A DNA stretch of 63,325 nucleotides, counting the filler, from Chiloscyllium plagiosum (taxonomy: Eukaryota), in the NCBI RefSeq assembly GCF_004010195.1. It is 3 parts of one record of this genome, joined end to end, with 100 filler letters (N's around TTAATTAATTAA, not from the genome) between each part and the next. Parts side by side here need not be neighbours in the genome. Positions count along the whole stretch, not along the records: positions 1 to 30,150 come from NC_057710.1; 2 more parts are not named here. One strand, 5' to 3'. Both the position numbers and the translations under genes were made by a program. Below, piece after piece: positions 1-12,020 of this stretch; position 1 is the first letter of the stretch; the number at the start of each line of letters is the position of its first letter. The notes beneath the pieces are model-generated. The model was not told where the DNA came from. It searched no databases and worked only from the letters and a program-made list of their open reading frames with translations.

Positions 1-295
1 AATCCCGCACGAATATGGGTTTTATTACATCTGATGTTAACACATTCCGAGCATGTAAGAGACTTAAATATACACTCTGGTTAGTTGTAGGTTAGATTAA
101 TAGATAGTTGAGTTTTGTTTGTTTTTTTTCTTTTTTTGTTTTTTTTTAAATTTGTTTTTGTTTTGTTTTTTTGTTAAATTTTGGCTATTGTATATTTGAA
201 CTAATTGTATATCAATGTTTATATCTGAGAGTTTTGTTTATTTTTGTAAACTTGTAAAAATGTTAAATTTCTAATAAAAATATCTATAAAAAAAA
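1..295 (+). mobile_element. 3' end of an L1-like retrotransposon (T-rich UTR, AATAAA, A tail)
   Basis: T-rich tract 110-250, AATAAA at 273-278, A run at 288-295. Confidence 0.45.
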
Positions 296-639
296 CAAAT
301 AAGGGCTTTTAATCTTAATACAGTCTGTGATCAACCCAACATTGGCAATAGTTTTATAAGGATGGGAAAATTAAAGAAATGCTGTACCTAATTAAACTGG
401 TTTACTGATAAACAAGCATTCACAGGAGAGGAGAGCTTTTAATTACCAGTCACCACTTCATTACCTTGGCAGCTAAGAACATTCCTTAATGAGTAATATT
501 GTGATCAGAGGCTATCACATCACACCACACCCAATGCTATCCAAAATAAATATTAACAGCTGAGCATGGCCAGCAGGTCTCCAAGTCCCTTCTCAGCTTA
601 AATAATCAAACTAAGCCCTTCCATTTTATACCAGTGGCA

Positions 640-960
640 GACACCTTCCAAGTAACGTTCAAAAAGATCACAATCACCTTCTTACATGAAAAGGGCAAGG
701 ACTTCAACAGCTGTGTCCCCTGCAGTCTCATATCTTTGCTCAACTGAAATCAAACAAGGAGGCCTTCAGGCTAGGCTTTGTCAATTGCAGTATCCCATCC
801 AGACCAAACCAAGTTTGCTGAAAAACATCTCTTACACCTGGATAACAATACACTCGTCCTGAATGCAAAATAGATTTTCAGCCAGCAAAATGAAGCTTTG
901 ACTCACTGTTGCTCTTTGGAAACTAACTCAGATTGCAAGAATTTCAGGCTCAAAGGCTTA
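640..960 (+). mobile_element. Highly decayed L1 ORF2 reverse transcriptase fragment
   Basis: Frameshifted relics of TITLxxKKGKD...ISLLN and HPDQTxF motifs (gaaaagggcaaggac, atatctttgctcaac, catccagaccaaac). Confidence 0.45.
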
Positions 961-2296
961 TAATTGCCCTCAAGTAGTGAGCTCCCATATCAAATCACTG
1001 CAGACCATTTGGTAAAGGTACATGCACAGTGCTGTTCGAGATCCAGGAGTTTGACAATGAAGGACTGGTGATTTTTTTTCTCTATATGCCACGAGCAGAC
1101 CTTTGTACTCTGTCTCCAAGCGCTCTGCTTCATTCACTAGCATCTTCCCAGAAACCAAAATTTCAGGCAACCCACCTACAACAATTTATGTTCATATAAT
1201 ACCTTTAAGGTAATGCAAGATACTTCACACCAACAGCAGGAAGGTGGTTATAACTGTGTGCTAATGATTGTTAAAGAGGTAGATATGAAAGTAGAGAATC
1301 TAGCAAGGCAAAGAAGTTAGGGGAAGGAATGCCCAAGATTGCAATGAGGAGCTAGTGTGCAGAAGATGAGTCAAATATCAAACATTATGGCACAGAGGAC
1401 GAGAAGTGCAGAAACAGATATGGAAGAGATGCAAATTGGGATGTAGGTCTGGAGGAGGAGATCGAGATGCTGGAGAGATTTATAGGAGTAAACAGTAATC
1501 TTGAAATAAATACTGTGATGGGCAGAGGACAAGCATGAATTAAGCAAGGATCCCCTTCATATAGTCTCAAGCTTATTTGAGAAGACGTCCATGCAGCTGG
1601 AGATGTTATTCAATTGCCCTTGCTATTTTCCTGAGATCCAAACCCACGCATTCACACCAACTACTCCAGCCCACAGCAAATCTGGTGAAAACATACTTAA
1701 GATAGTTGTCAATAAGAAAAAGCACAATTCTTTGTCAATTTCCTGTTGCTTTACTCAATGGAAAACACTAACTTCTAGTCATTTGGTCATACAGAACTTG
1801 AATATTGCTGAAAAAAGACATTTTGAAGCTTTTCGTCTTGCAATCATCAGAACCATTCACAAAAAATACACAATTTAAAGGAAAACCAGCATTTATACTG
1901 AATGAGAGGACAGTGTTGACTGGTCGTCAAGTGGGCTGTGATTATTAAAAAGCATCATCTGAAGAATGCACTAATTAATGATGACTGACAGTTGACTGCA
2001 AAGCTTTGGACAAATTTTAAAACTAGCAGCTTGACTACTTGGTCAAGGCGCTTACCTTAGAAATGAAGTAGCAAATGGATGTTGTTTAAGTAAAAGCAAA
2101 ATACTGTGCACTCAGTAAAGAAACAAGTGCGAAAGAAACTCAGCATCTGTGAAGAGTGAAACAGTTAATGTTTTGAGTCTAGTATGAATCCTCTTCAGAT
2201 CTGAATGACTGTCACTTGTTTTGTTGAGCTGAACAGGTGCAGTGTATGTACATATCCTTTCTGTCTGCCAAGAACTGGTCTTGTACTTTGACCTAT

Positions 2297-3113
2297 GTTG
2301 TGGTTCTGTTCGCCGAGCTGGGAATTTGTGTTGCAGACGGTTCATCCCCTGTCCAGGTGACATCCTCAGTGCTTGGGAGCCTCCTGTGAAGCGCTTCTGT
2401 GATGTTTCCTCCGGCATTTATAGTGGTTTGTCTCTGCCACTTCCGGTTGTCAGTTCCAGCTGTCCACTGCAGGTGTTTTGTGCAGTCCTTGCATGGGATT
2501 TTGTACACTACGTTGGTTTTGCTCATGCTGGGTATCGGGTCCTTTGTCCTGGTGAGTTGTTGTCTGAGAGTGGCTGTTGGTTTGTGTGCTGTTATGAGTC
2601 CTAGTGGTCGCAGTAGTCTGGCTGTCAGTTCAGAAATGTTTTTGATGTATGGTAACGTGGCTAGTCCTTTGGGTTGTGGCATGTCCTCATTCCGTTGTCT
2701 TTCCCTTTAGCATCTGTTGATGAAATTGCGGGGGTATCCATTTTTGGCGAATACATTGTAGAGGTGTCTAGGAATGGGAGTTGGTTGTCCTTTTCTTCCT
2801 CTCTAGTGAATCTGATTCCTCTGAGTGTGGCGTTGAACTCCCATTCCTAGATGTGATGGTACAGAGAACACCGAACGGAGAATTCACCACAAAAGTATAC
2901 AGGAAAGCCACACACACAGACCAAGTCCTGAACTACGAAAGCAACCACCCCAACACACACAAAAGAAGTTGCATCAAGACACTGTTCAAAAGGGCCACAA
3001 GCACTGAGGATGTCACCTAGACAGGGGATGAAACGCCTGCAACACAAATTCCCAGCTCGGCAAACAGAACCACAACAACGAGCACCTGAGCTACAAATCT
3101 TCTCACAAACTTT
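2297..3113. mobile_element. Penelope-like element fragment with internal inversion and inverted terminal repeats
   Basis: Minus strand LPYIKNISELTARLLRP...NVVYKIPCKDC (thumb/GIY-YIG start); plus strand LPFLDVMV...TKVYRKATHTDQVLNYESNHP (RT C-terminus). 2297-2375 is the inverse of 3000-3078. tttgacctat occurs at both flanks. Confidence 0.85.
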
Positions 3114-3274
3114 GACCTATATAGCTACCAGTACACCATACTAAGTCCAACTGACAATCCTAATTTAGTCATCAGTGTAATTCTTCACACATATAATTAT
3201 CCTGCAGTTGTCCAACTGCAGAAATGCATTTAATGTTGGGCGCTGTTGCAAGGTTTGCAAACACAAACTGTGGT

Positions 3275-3775
3275 CAGTACCGTCGAGCCTGCTCCTTCAT
3301 TTGATAAGGTCATGGCTGATTTTTTCATGGACTCAGCTCCACTTAGCCAGCCACTCAAAATAACCCTTAATTCCTTTACCTTAAAAATATTCAACAAGGT
3401 AGCCTCAACTGCTTTACTGGGCAAACAGTTCCACAAATTCACAACCCTTTGGGTGAAGAAGTTCCTCCTCAACACAGTCCTAAATCTGCTCCCCCTTATT
3501 TTGAGGCGATGTCACAGCGTTCTAGTTTCACCCACCGGTGGAAACAATCTCCCTGCTTCTTTGTTATCTATTCCCTTCATAATTTTATATGTTTCTATAA
3601 GACTCCCTCCTCATTCTTCTAAATTCCAATGAGTATAATCCCAGTCTTCTCAATCTCCCTTCATAAACTAATCCTTTACACTCCAGAATCAACTTAGTGA
3701 ACCTCCTCTGCACGCCCTCTTGTGCCAGTACATCCTTTCTCAAGTAAGGAAACCAAAACTATACACAATACTCAA
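3275..3775 (-). mobile_element. CR1-type LINE 3' fragment
   Basis: Minus translation RRNFFTQRVVNLWNCLPSKAVEA, a CR1 ORF2 C-terminal signature. Confidence 0.8.
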
Positions 3776-4122
3776 GGAAGATATATATATAGCATCCTGA
3801 GGATTAATCAATATTTTAATTGTTATCTCTTTACATTTGTACTCAGTGGTCTCATACATAAATCTCAAAATGTTCTTTTGGTCTTTAGGGCTTTCCGTTC
3901 ACAGCCTATTGTATCTATTGTTTAATTGCTTATTTCCATTACTAGTTTCCCACCAAAATGTATCATCTTATAATTATCCAGATTAAATTCTACCCACCAT
4001 CAATCTGCCATTTTACTAACTTATCCTTGTCTTCCTAAAATCTTTCATTATCTTCCCCATTATTTGTTAAACATGTTACTTGTTCTGTAACCACCCCCAC
4101 CACCATCCTGTTGCCCATTTAC

Positions 4123-4300
4123 CTTGACTGTTTCCTGCTCCTCCTGACCGGGTGTTGGTAATCTGATGGGGCTGATACTTCCTGTGGTCACATTCTTCAG
4201 TTTCTCAAGCCCGCTGCTTAAAGTGCTGCCAATCCCTGACAGACCAGATTTCTTCTCTGTAATCTGCACTGTATTGCTGATTGGCTTCACGGGATGAGGA
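4123..4300 (-). CDS. RAB11FIP5: Internal coding exon of Rab11 family-interacting protein 5 (exon preceding the Rab11-binding-domain exon)
   Basis: Translates (S)PHPVKPISNTVQITEKKSGLSGIGSTLSSGLEKLKNVTTGSISPIRLPTPGQEEQETVK, matching the class I FIP PHPVKP motif and the FIP5-type LSSGLEKLKxVTxGSI segment as I recall it. Acceptor ttctttttttttccctaccAG-type pyrimidine tract (AG = plus-strand ct at 4301-4302); donor AAG|GTAAAT (4121-4122). 178 nt, phase 2 to phase 0. Confidence 0.88.
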
Positions 4301-6084
4301 CTGGTAGGGAAAAAAAAGAAAAGTAACTCAGGTGATATACTACTACAAAACAGGTTGAAAAACCCTCTTTATTTAAAACAAAAATTGATCACCTCAGAAC
4401 AGTTGCTAGGTTACAGATCCTTATAATACCTTATTGTGACTCTGCAGGAAATGTCTGCAGACATCTCATAGCCCCCATTTTTTGAGAGGCCAAAGATATT
4501 TTGGCAATGTATTAAAAAAACCTTTTTTTGCTTTCTTTTCTACATACCCTGATTTGAAATAATTAGGGATTTGATTGTTAGATCACATTAGAGTGTTGTG
4601 TATAGCTCTGGCCACCACAACGCTTCTCTTCTCCAAAGAAATTTTATTTGAGATGGCAGACACATGCTTTCCAAGGATGCTTACCAGGAAGATTGAATAG
4701 GCTGGATTGTTTTCTTAGGAGAAGAGGAGGCTGGGGAAATTCAGTTAAAGTGCATAAAAATATGAGGAATCTGCACATAAAGGGTAAAGTTTCAATAATC
4801 CTACCTGACAATAGGTGTGCTCTCTCATTAGATAGAGAGAGTTAGACGACTGGTGGTGGTTGAACCTGGCTCCAACCATGCTCTCAGGCAATGCATTTCA
4901 GATTATAACCATCCAGTGAGATTATACCTTCTTTCACCAATTACCTTTAACCCTTTTTCCTCTTGCTCTCAATCCAGTCTTTCGCTGAAACCAGTTTCTC
5001 TTGATATTATCTGTCCAGCCCCCTCATGATTTTGAGTAAATCTCCTGTCAACCTTATCTCTTCCAAAGAAAACAATCCCAGTTTCTCTCATCTATCCACA
5101 AACTGAAGTTAGTCATCCCTGGAATGTTGTAACTCTTTTCTACATTGTAATGCTTCACTCTAATCTTCCCTGGACACGTATCCCAGTTGAGGCCAAATGA
5201 GCAATGTGTTCACCCAGTACGTTATGGAGGTCTGGAACTCTTGCCTGAAATGATGGGGGCAACAGAAAGCCTCATTGCAATTAAAAAGACTCTTGGATTT
5301 GGACTTAGTGCTGCAAGCTACTGGGCTACGCATCAAGAGCTGGAAGGTAGGAAAAGACCTGATATTTTGTTTTTAGTCAGTATGACAACAATGGGCCAAA
5401 TGGCCTTCTGTGCTGTAAACTGCTGTCTGATTAGTTAGCTAAGGAGAAGTCATTTGTTCTCATGATGAAATCAAGTGTTCCATATATAATCTAAAATTAG
5501 ATCTGAGCTGTTCAGAGGTGATGCCAGACAGTATTTCTTCACTAATAAGATAATGGAAATCTGTTGATGCTGGAGCTCAAAGGAAACTTTCATAATGGAG
5601 TTTAATAATATCCTTAGCCCAAGTAAATGTTAAGGTGTGTATATTCAGGGTGATTGATTGGAGTCAAGGTATAAATCAGACAGAATTTAAACAAATGGAG
5701 GAACAGGTTCTGGCGGCAAAATGGCCCATTTCTCATGTTCCTCATTTAGTTCCAACCACACAGCACATTCCATCTGTAGGAGTGTGTCACAAGGTACAGT
5801 AACTGTCGGTGAGTTACTTGATTGTAGAGGAATCATTCCAAACAAATACAATCCTGAGTTGCAGACACATGTTTCAGCAGAAGTCATTGAATAGGGAAAA
5901 GGGGCAGCCTGATTTGTCCCTTCTCTATTTCACAAACACAAAGGCTAAATGCTCATTAGCTAGGATTTTGTAGACAATATTGTGGTTTTGGTGGTGAGAG
6001 AAAGAGTGTTAATTCAGTTTAATGTTCCACTACTGAAGGCTTCAATAACTTCACAGCTAAATCAAGCTCTTTGAGCAGGCAGCA

Positions 6085-6600
6085 TAGAGTTATAGCGTTG
6101 TATGGCACAGAAACAGACCTTTCGGTCTAACTAGTCCATGCTGACCAGATATCCTAAATTAATCTCGTCTCATTTGCTAGCACTTGGTTCATATCCCTCT
6201 AAGCCCTTCCTATTCAATACCCATTCAGATGCCTTTTAAATGTTCTAATTGTACTAGCCTCCACCACTTCCTCTGGCAGCTTATTCCATACACACGCCAC
6301 CCTCTGCATGAAAAAGTTGCCCCTTAGGTGCCTTTTAAATCTTTCCCCTCTCAGCCTAAACCTATGCCCTCTAGTTCTGGACTCCCCCACCCCAGGGAAA
6401 AGACCTTGTCTATTTATCCTATCCATGCACCTCATGATTTTATAAACCTGGCACTCCAAATAAAAAACAGCCCCAGCCTGTTCAGCCTCTCCCTATATCT
6501 CCAACCCTGGCAACACCCTTGTAAATCTTTTCTGAACCCTTTCAAGTTTCACAACATCCTTCCTATGAGAGGGTGACCAGCATTGCACACAACATTCCAA
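6085..6600 (-). mobile_element. CR1-type LINE 3' fragment
   Basis: VYKIMR...ESRTRGHRFRLRGERFKRHLRGNFFMQRVACVWNKLPEEVVEA. Confidence 0.85.
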
Positions 6601-6689
6601 AATAACTCCTTTAGCAGCACAGACTAACTTTTCCCACTGCAGTTTCTCGTCACCTTTTTCTCCTCAGGTCCTAGGCTACATCAGAAAAT

Positions 6690-7325
6690 GAAGTGCACCT
6701 CATTCATAGTGGAAGCCAAGATGGTAGCTGGAGCACGTCCGCTTTTTCCATGTCTGTATTTTTGCTTTCTCTTTTTTTTTCCCTCTTGGTGTTTCTTTTC
6801 TTCACTCCCAGTTTCAAAGTGGACCCTGCGATGCATTCTCTTGGCCTGGCCTCACGGCAGCCCATGGTGGTTTCTCAGCCTGGTGTGGCGGTGTCTCAGT
6901 GCGTGAGTGGGTCCTGCCTGGGCATGTTCCGGTGGGAACAGGAAGAGTTTGGGGAGGTGGTGGCATTGGCATCACAGCCCAAATGTGGGAAGAATGAGTG
7001 ATGAGGAGGTCCCCTGGTATCTGTGGCTGCGGCTGCGGCATCGTGAACAGGCAACTGAGATCTCCCAGAGAGCAAGCTAAGCAGTGGACTCAAAGATTTC
7101 TGAATTTTTCACTTAATTTTTTTTGGTTTAAATTCAGAAGGGCTTTAAATGTTAACTATTCCTTATTTTTCTATTTATTCTATGAAGGTCATGCTTAACT
7201 TTTTTTAAAACCGCTTTTTTTAAACCACTTTATACCCAGGTACCTTTGTACCATATGGTGACATTGGACACTTTTCACTGTACTCCTGTACTTGCACACA
7301 CGTGAGAATAAAATCTAAATCCAGA
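6690..7325 (+). mobile_element. Non-autonomous retroposon-like repeat (related minus-strand copy at ~10555-11040)
   Basis: 3' end cacttttcactgtac...cacgtgagaataaa resembles the reverse complement of 10561-10640. Confidence 0.45.
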
Positions 7326-7988
7326 AAAAAAAATCATTGAACAAGTAATGCCACTCAGATTGGTCACAAGTATGATGTATGAGACAGACCAGTCATTGGT
7401 CCTGGTTGGAGGAGAGTTGTCTTCTGACATTGAATAAATGGCATCGTTGAAGTCAAATAGATGGTGGCTATCGACTTTGATTACAATTTCTTTCCAGACA
7501 TAGAAATAACACATTTAGGAGTCAGCAGAACTGTCCTTTGTGTCTTCAAAGCAGGAGATTAAAGATCAAATTGAAACCAAAATTGTCCTTCTCACACCCC
7601 AGCACTCAAGCTGTCAAACCACAAACCTCAATGCCTAATTATACCGTCCTCTTTCAACGCAATACTGTACCAATTCAACTGTCTGTTCATTAGGTTTTGA
7701 GGTGTAATATAGTGTAAAGTACAACACCGTAATCCCAATGCAAAGCTACAGGGCAGACGCTCATCCACTTTGCATTTTAGAGGTGGGGTCAGTATTGTTG
7801 ATAACTAAAATAAACAGTTGCTTCAGTTTCATTTCAAGACAAACATAAACATTATGTTGTCAGTTCAAATCCTTTTTGGTACCCCAATACATAATCCAGG
7901 CTGGCATCTGAATGCAATACTGAGACAATACTGCAATGCCAAATTTCAATAAGGTATTAAACACACATTCCCCCTTCTACCCACTAGC

Positions 7989-8250
7989 AGAATCACAGAT
8001 TCGTTACTGTGCGCTAAGAGGTCATTCTGCCCATCAGTCTGCACCAGCCCTCTGAAAAGCATTCGACCCAGACTCAGCCCCCAACTCTATCCCCGTAATC
8101 CCGCACTTACCTTGGCTAACCCATTTAGCGTGTACATCCCTAGACACTACGGGCAATTTAGCATGGCCAATCCACCTAAGCTGCACCATCTTTGGACTGT
8201 GGGGAGAAACCAGACCACCTGGAGGAAGCCCATGCAGACATGGGGAGAAG
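7989..8250 (-). mobile_element. HE1-like V-SINE, 5'-truncated
   Basis: gggcaatttagcatggccaatccacc...ggactgtggg V-domain shared with the other copies. Confidence 0.75.
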
Positions 8251-8444
8251 GTGCATGGTCTGATAGGATTATGGCAACTTTATCACACAAGGATGTGTCA
8301 TCACACCAACACTTTTCTCCACTATCCTCACTCCAACACTCCAACCACCTCCATGAAGTTTCTCACCAGAGTGGAGTTTCAGTACAGACAACTGGGAAAT
8401 GGCTGAAATTTTTTAAAAAATAATTCATGGAATTTAAAAAAAAA

Positions 8445-9090
8445 TCATTCATGGGATGAGAGATTTGGTTAGGCCAGGATTTATTGCCCATCCTTGCCCA
8501 GAAGTCAGTTAAGTGTCAACCACATTGCTGTGGGGCTGGAGTCACATGTAGGCCAGACCAGGTAGGGATGGCAATTTTCTTCCTTCAAGAACATTAATAA
8601 ACCAGATGGGTTTATCCAATATTCGACAACAGATTCCTGGTCATGATTAGGCTCTCAATTCCGGACTTTTGTTGAATTCAAATTCCACCATCTGCCATGG
8701 CAGGATTTGAACCCACATCCTCAGAACCTTACCTCGGTTTCTGGATTAACAGTCCAGCAATAATACCACCGGGCCATTGCCTCCCATGTGGAGGTTACTG
8801 ACTGGCCAGCATTTATTGACCATTCCTAATTGCCAAGAGAGCAGTTAAATGTCAACCACATCGCTGTGGTTCTGGAGTACTTGTAGACCAGACCAGGTAA
8901 GGACAGTAGTTGCCTAAAGGACATTAGTGAACCAGATGGGTTTTTCTGACAATCAACAATCATTTCATGATCATTAGATACTTAATTCCAGATTTTTATT
9001 GAATTCAAATTCAACGATCTGCCATACCTGGATTTGAAATAAAGTCTCCAGAACATTACCTGAGTCTCTGGATTCATTATCTAGCAATAA
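8445..9090 (-). mobile_element. Two adjacent copies of a second tRNA-derived SINE (family B)
   Basis: Repeated gtcaaccacat(t/c)gctgtgg...ggagt...gtag(g/a)ccagaccaggta core. The head reads on minus gggaggcaatggcccggtggtatt...ggttcaaatcc (A and B boxes). Confidence 0.75.
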
Positions 9091-11369
9091 TACTAATTGT
9101 TATCACATGCCCCATGGTCCTGGGCAACACCGAGCAAGTTATTGCTGAGCAAGTGCTGCTTGATAGCACTGTTGATGACATCTTCCATCACTTAACAGTA
9201 GAGTGTTGTATTGGTAATTGGCTGGGTTGGATTTGTCCTTCTACTTTCATACAACATACCTGGGCAATTTTCCACACTAGTCAGGTGGATGCCAATGTCA
9301 CATGGAAAAAGAGCTGCATTCCAAAGGTGAGGTGAGAGCAATCACCTCACACATCAAGGCTGCCCATAACTGTGTGGTATCAAGGAGTGCCAGCAAAACT
9401 GGAATCATTGAGAATTGACAGAAAACTCTATCCTGGCTACAGCCATACAGGAAGACTGCCAAGGGTCCAGGGCATCTGTGCAGGAGTTCTTCAGGTTAGA
9501 TTACAGCTTTCTAACCGACCTGAACAGAGACATTGCCACCTTTGGAGAAGGTGGGACTTAAATCCAGGTCTTCTGGGTCAGAGATAGGGAAACTACCACT
9601 GCAATACAACAGCCCCAGTTCCCCTGAGCAACATCCCAGGCCCATCCATCCTTGGCCACTCCACCATGACCCTCTACCACAAGGTCAGAAGTGGGGATGT
9701 TTGCTGAGAACTGCACATTTCTCAGCACCATTCCTCAAATGCTAAAGTAGTACATGCCCAAACTCAGCAAGGCCTTGCTCAAAATTTCCTTTTCAAGCTG
9801 CACTATTAAGATTTAGATAGCACATTTGCATGTGCTCAAACTCAGCAACTAAAAGATTAACCAAATAAGCTTTTTCTGACATTCGGCAATTTCAGAATTT
9901 TACTGAATTCAAATTCCACCATTTGCTGTGGCAGGATTTGAACCTGGGTCCCCAGAACATTACCTGGGTTTCTGGATTAAAAGTTCAGCGATATTACTAC
10001 TATGTCATTGCCTCCTCTAAATGTCAGGATAAGAGATTGCACATTTAAGACAGCAACAAGGAAGAATCGCTTTTCTCAGATGTTAATGAACCTGTGAAAT
10101 TCTTTACCACAGAGGGCTATCAAAACTGAGTTATCAAGTATATTCAGGGCTGAGATTGGTTTTTAAATCAATATAGAGTCGGGGGTATGGGAGAAAAGTG
10201 GGAAAGTGCAGTTGAAGATTATCAGAGTGGCGCAGCAGACTTGGTCATCTGAATGTCTTACATCTGCTCATATGACAGTAATGTTACCAGTTGTTCTGTT
10301 TGTACCACAGAAATGGGCAATGTACAGCAGACACCTCAAATCCCTTGAGAAATATCACCAGTAATGTCTTTGCAAAAGTCTGCTGGCAGATTAGCATCTC
10401 CAATATCAGTGTCCTCTCTCAGGCCAACATGGAAGCCCTGGTTATGGTCAAGCAGCTGTTTTGGGGCATAGCCATATCAATCACATGTCTGGCACAAGGT
10501 CCCCAAAATAAGCGCTCTCTACTCCAAGCTTCATCAAGTCAAGTTGTTAGCAGGATGAATTTGAATCATTTATTGTCACGTGTATTCAATATAAAATACA
10601 ATGAAAAGTGTGTACTGTTGCCATGCATAGGTGCCATTTTCATTAACTTAAAATAATAAAAGAAAAGATCATTTAAACAGAATCCAATTTTTCCTTCTCC
10701 ACTGCTGCAGTCTCACTCTGGGCTACACCCATGCCATGCTGTCACCAGGGGCTGACGACACACACCATTTGCCATGGCAGAATTTGAACTTGGGTCCCTA
10801 GAAAATTCTCTCTGTCTCTGGATCAACGGTTCAGTGAGAGTTCCAGTTCCAGGCTTCGCAGGCTGGCCGACTCTGTAGCCACATGGCTTCTGAAGACACT
10901 GCTACCACTCCGGAACCCATCAAAACCGCCTTCCTACCAAAGAGCTCTCTTTATCAGGTTGATTTGAGCATAAATTTTTAACAAACTGAGAAAAGAAGGG
11001 GGAGTAAAGGAAAAAGAAGACAAAGAGGACATGCCTGGACATAGGAATCTCTCACCCATGTTTGTCTGAATTTGAGAAGAAGAATCCATAAAAGTGTCAA
11101 CCATTATTAAGCACCTCTGACAGGTTCAGATGGAGGCCCAAGTGCAATCAGTGGAAGGAGCATACTAACCACTGGCTTCAGGAAACAGCCCCTGTGGACT
11201 GTTCCATCACCTCAGGACCTGTAACTCTGGAGTGGAGTTTGTCGTTCTCGATCCTGAGGGACTGCAGGGACGTCCGATAAATGCTGGCCTAGCCAGCAAC
11301 ACCCAATCCCATTAATGAATAAGAGCTGAGTACCCTCTGTCTTCTATGGGTCAGACAACTCTGTCTCCA

Positions 11370-12020
11370 GAGATAGGTGGAGTTGTGGACAGTGAGGAGG
11401 GCTATTGTCGGCTGCAGAGGGACTTAGATATGATGCAGAGCTGGGCTGAGGAGTGGCAGATGGAGAAATTAATCTAGTCCCATTTTCCAGCACTTGGCCC
11501 ATATCCCTCCAAACCCTTCCTATTCATATACCCATCCAGATGCCTATTAAATGGTATAATTGTACCAGCCTCCACCACTTCCTCTGGCAGCTCATTCTGT
11601 ACACATACCACCCTCTGTGTGAAAAAGTTGCTACTTAAGACCCTTTTAAATTTTTCCCCTCTGACTTTAAACCTATGCCCTCTAGTTCTGGACTCCCATA
11701 CGCAGGGAAAAGACCTTGTCTATTCACTCTATCCATGCCCCTCATGATTTTATAAACCTTCATAGAGTGTTACAAGGGGACATAAATTTAAGGTGAAGGG
11801 TGGAAGGTATAGGGGAGATGTCAGGGGTGGGTTCTTTACCCAGAGAGTGGTGGGGGCATGGAATGCGCTGCCCGTGGGAGTGGTAGAGTCGGAATCATTG
11901 GCGACCTTTAAGCGGCATTTGGATAGGTACATGGATGGGTACTTAATCTAGGTTAGAAGTTCGGCACAACATCGTGGGCCGAAGGGCCTGTTCTGTGCTG
12001 TATTGTTCTATGTTCTATGT
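11370..12020. mobile_element. Nested CR1 fragments (+, -, +) ending in a (tgttcta)n tail
   Basis: Plus RT relic ctgcagagggacttagat; minus 3' end 11466-11760; plus 3' end 11765-12020 with gggccgaagggcctgttctg tail. Confidence 0.75.

Noticed and set aside
4060..4122. Read-through tail VNGQQDGGGGGYRTSNMFNK
   Set aside because: Follows a good GTAAAT donor at the expected exon end; intronic unless retention is shown.
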